A program made the translations under genes and the position numbers. A stretch of 64,000 bases of DNA. It comes from Lama glama. Taxonomy: Eukaryota. Each line of letters starts with the position of its first letter. Positions within the stretch are counted from its first letter, which is position 1. Below are positions 61,520-64,000 of the stretch, one piece after another. Where the stretch lies: the NCBI GenBank assembly GCA_028534125.1, contig CM052816.1, positions 18,168,001-18,232,000 of the forward strand, read 5' to 3'. The notes beneath the pieces were generated by a model. The model saw only the letters and a list, made by a program, of their open reading frames with translations. It had not been told where the DNA came from and ran no database searches.

Positions 61520-62079
61520 ATCATCAGAACTCTGTCAAAAGCTAAGGCCATAACCCAAGTCAAACTTTCTTAAGAGGGAGAAAAAGGAAATTATTTGCTA
61601 AGGTACTTGAAAAGTCTGAAGGATGGTGATAAGGAAAGTATAACTACAGATGTGCCTGAATTCAAGTGCTAAAAAAAAAAGATCATGTCATTGAAATCAG
61701 TCCCTCTCTGTCCTGTGTCTCTTTGTTTCTGTCTCTTGTCTCCATGTGTCATTTTCCTCAAGTTTTCTCCCAGTGAGTACTCTCTAAGTAAAGGCCAAGA
61801 CAGCTGTAAGCAACTCTAGGCTGAAGCAACTCTGGTAGAAAGAGAATCTCTTTTCCAAAAGCTCCACCCAAAGTCCCAGGCCTGACTCTCATTGGCCTGG
61901 GGAAGTCACCTGTTTATCCTTTAACCAATCACTGCAGCCAGAGGCATTTGGTCCTCTGCCCATTCCTAGGGCTGAGGAGAGGGTTAGCCCCATAGAACCA
62001 CATGAACTGAAAATGGAATGGGATGATTCCTGAAGTGAAAGAGGGGTTTGGCACAGGCCACCAGAAACTGTCTCCTACA
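61520..62079 (-). mobile_element. MLT1K-like MaLR LTR
   Basis: aaaagtctgaagg, agaaagagaatctcttttcc, gactctcattggcctgg...accaatcactgcagccagagg and accacatgaactga motifs. Confidence 0.65.
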
Positions 62080-62347
62080 AGGCCCTTGGTGACATCAGCA
62101 GCTAAAGAGTACTGACCCATTGGACTCCTACTGACCATAGCGTCAGTTCTTTCCTCCACCCTTACCACCAGTGTTCTGAAATTGAATATACCTGAGACAA
62201 TGACTTTCCCCAGCTTTTCCTAGAAAAGCAGGCAAAATTCCTTGGAAAGTATACTTTTCCCAGAAGGGCTAAACACAGGCAAGACTCTGGGTCCATGCCT
62301 GATTCATCAGATCAGTCCCCTGAACAACTATTTTTGGTTTGAGTAGA

Positions 62348-62784
62348 TGTGCAGTGTGCTGCCCCAAACCCCATTCAGGACCAAGGCACTCATTCCCCAA
62401 GATACCAGGGGTACTGCCTGCCTGACAGCCCACGGCTGAGTGTCTCTGGGACTTGCCTTTGGGCAAAGGAGCTGCATCGTTCAAAGTTAAGCCAACACCT
62501 GGTCAGGCCCACATTCTGACAGGGTGACAAAGTTTTGGTCTTCTAGCCCCAACTCAGGATGCTCTGAAGCATCTCCCACCCCAACTATGGCTCCAGAACT
62601 CACTGTGGGATCAACTGAAGCCTTTGTCACAACTGCTTTGCTACTTAACTTTTCCTTCTGCCCATCCTGCTTCTCTGCCCTTGCCCTGCACCCATTGGGA
62701 CTGTTTCCAAGAGTACTCCCCAATAATTTTCCTGTGCTTAAATCTTAAAGTCTGAATCCCTTTCTGGGGAACCAACCCAAGACA
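62348..62784 (+). mobile_element. LTR16-type ERVL solo LTR
   Basis: cactcattcccca, ccccaactcagga, tgggatcaactgaagcctttg and ttctgcccatcctgcttc; ends ttctggggaaccaacccaagaca. Confidence 0.7.
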
Positions 62785-62824
62785 GCTCATGTAGCATCTA
62801 AAAACTTATGCTACTGAAACAGGA

Positions 62825-62990
62825 TGGTTCTGTCAGTTAAAAACTCAAGCTTTGAAGTCAGACAATCCCAGTTTCAAATTTGCCATTTACTAGCTGTGAG
62901 AGTTTAGGCAAGTTACTTAACCATTTTTCATATCCTTATCTGAAGGATAGAGATATTAATAACACCTATGATGGACGGAAATTTTAAGGG
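62825..62990 (+). mobile_element. MIR SINE
   Basis: gctttgaagtcagaca...tgccatttactagctgtgagagtttaggcaagttacttaacc. Confidence 0.75.
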
Positions 62991-63465
62991 AGATATTTAT
63001 ATTTAACCTTTTCAGCTTGAGATCCAGCAGCCTGAGAAAGGACCTAGGGTACAGCTATTATTATTTTATAATCCTCCAGTGTATCTAAATTAATATGACT
63101 AATAAAGACATGAAAACGTACCAATGGTCAATATCTAATGTTGGCAAAGTTCAGTGACCAGGCAATTGCTCACACTGCTTGTAAGTCTGAAATCAAAGTT
63201 CAGTTCTCTTTCTGGAGGTTAATTAGATACTACATAAAAAAGACCCTAAAATGCCAATAACATTTGTCCCAGAAGGTTCAATGATTGGCATTTTCTCTAA
63301 AGAAATCATCCATGTGACCTCAAGTTGATAGTCTGGGATATGTACATCAGTATTTTTTAAACAAAAATCTGAGAATTACCTAATGTCAAGTAAGAGAAAA
63401 CTGTTTCAATTATAGTATATCCTTATGATAAAACAAAATGCAGTTATTTAAAATATGCTATGGAG

Positions 63466-64000
63466 CAACCCCACTCCTGGGCATATATCCAGAGGGAACC
63501 TTAATTCAAAAAGATACACGCACCCCAATGTTCATAGCAGCATTATTTACAACAGCCAAGACAAGGAAACAATCTAAATGTCCATCAACAAGTGACTGGA
63601 TAAAGAAGTGGTATATCTATACAATGGAGTACTACTCAGCCATAAAAAATAATAAAATAATGCCATTTGCAGCAACATGGATGGACCTGGAGACTACCAT
63701 TCTAAGTGAAGCAAGCCAGAAAGAGAAAGAAAAATACAATATGATACCACTTACATGTTGAATCAAAAAAAAAAGATAAATGAACTTATTTACAAAAGAG
63801 AAAAGACTTATAGACATAGAAAACAAACTTATGGTTACCCGGGGGGTGGAGAGGGGTGGGAAGTGATAAATTGGGTGTTTGGGATATGCAGATACTAAGT
63901 AATATATATAAAATAAACAACAAGTTAATACTGGATAGCACAAGGAACTATATTCAATAACTTGTAGTAACTTAGAGTGAAAAAGAATATGAAAACGAAT
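63466..64000 (+). mobile_element. 5'-truncated camelid-type L1 3' end, continuing past the window edge
   Basis: [27 protein letters not shown]...MPFAATWMDLE; the 3' UTR resembles the 9273-11291 element. Confidence 0.92.

Overview
This is mammalian genomic DNA, not microbial, and most likely camelid (alpaca/llama/camel). The evidence is three tRNA-Ala-derived SINEs matching the camelid Vic-1 type, with no Alu, Bov-A/BovB or PRE-1 elements recognised. The window is repeat-dominated intergenic or deep-intronic sequence. It holds several generations of LINE-1 (young camelid-type 3' ends, mid-age L1MA/L1_Art-like, old L1MC/ME), many L2 and MIR relics, MaLR/ERVL solo LTRs (MLT1B x2, MLT1G/H, MLT1J/K, MER21C, LTR16-like), hAT and Tigger MITEs, an LTR-less ERV gag/protease relic, microsatellites and two 500-N assembly gaps. 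I could not identify any host protein-coding gene. The recognisable ORF-track peptides are L1 ORF1/ORF2 remnants, simple-repeat translations or gap artefacts. I found no new multi-gene biological system. The most notable observations are: a 50-bp target-site duplication around an L1; a 66-bp sequence copied 1.77 kb downstream; a 66-bp tandem duplication; a rearranged, nested L1 cluster at 21-26 kb; the degraded ERV gag (MGSSS/PTAP) plus protease fragment; and a few weak minus-strand exon candidates near 50 kb. Repeat subfamily names come from recalled consensus motifs. Boundaries of old repeats are approximate.
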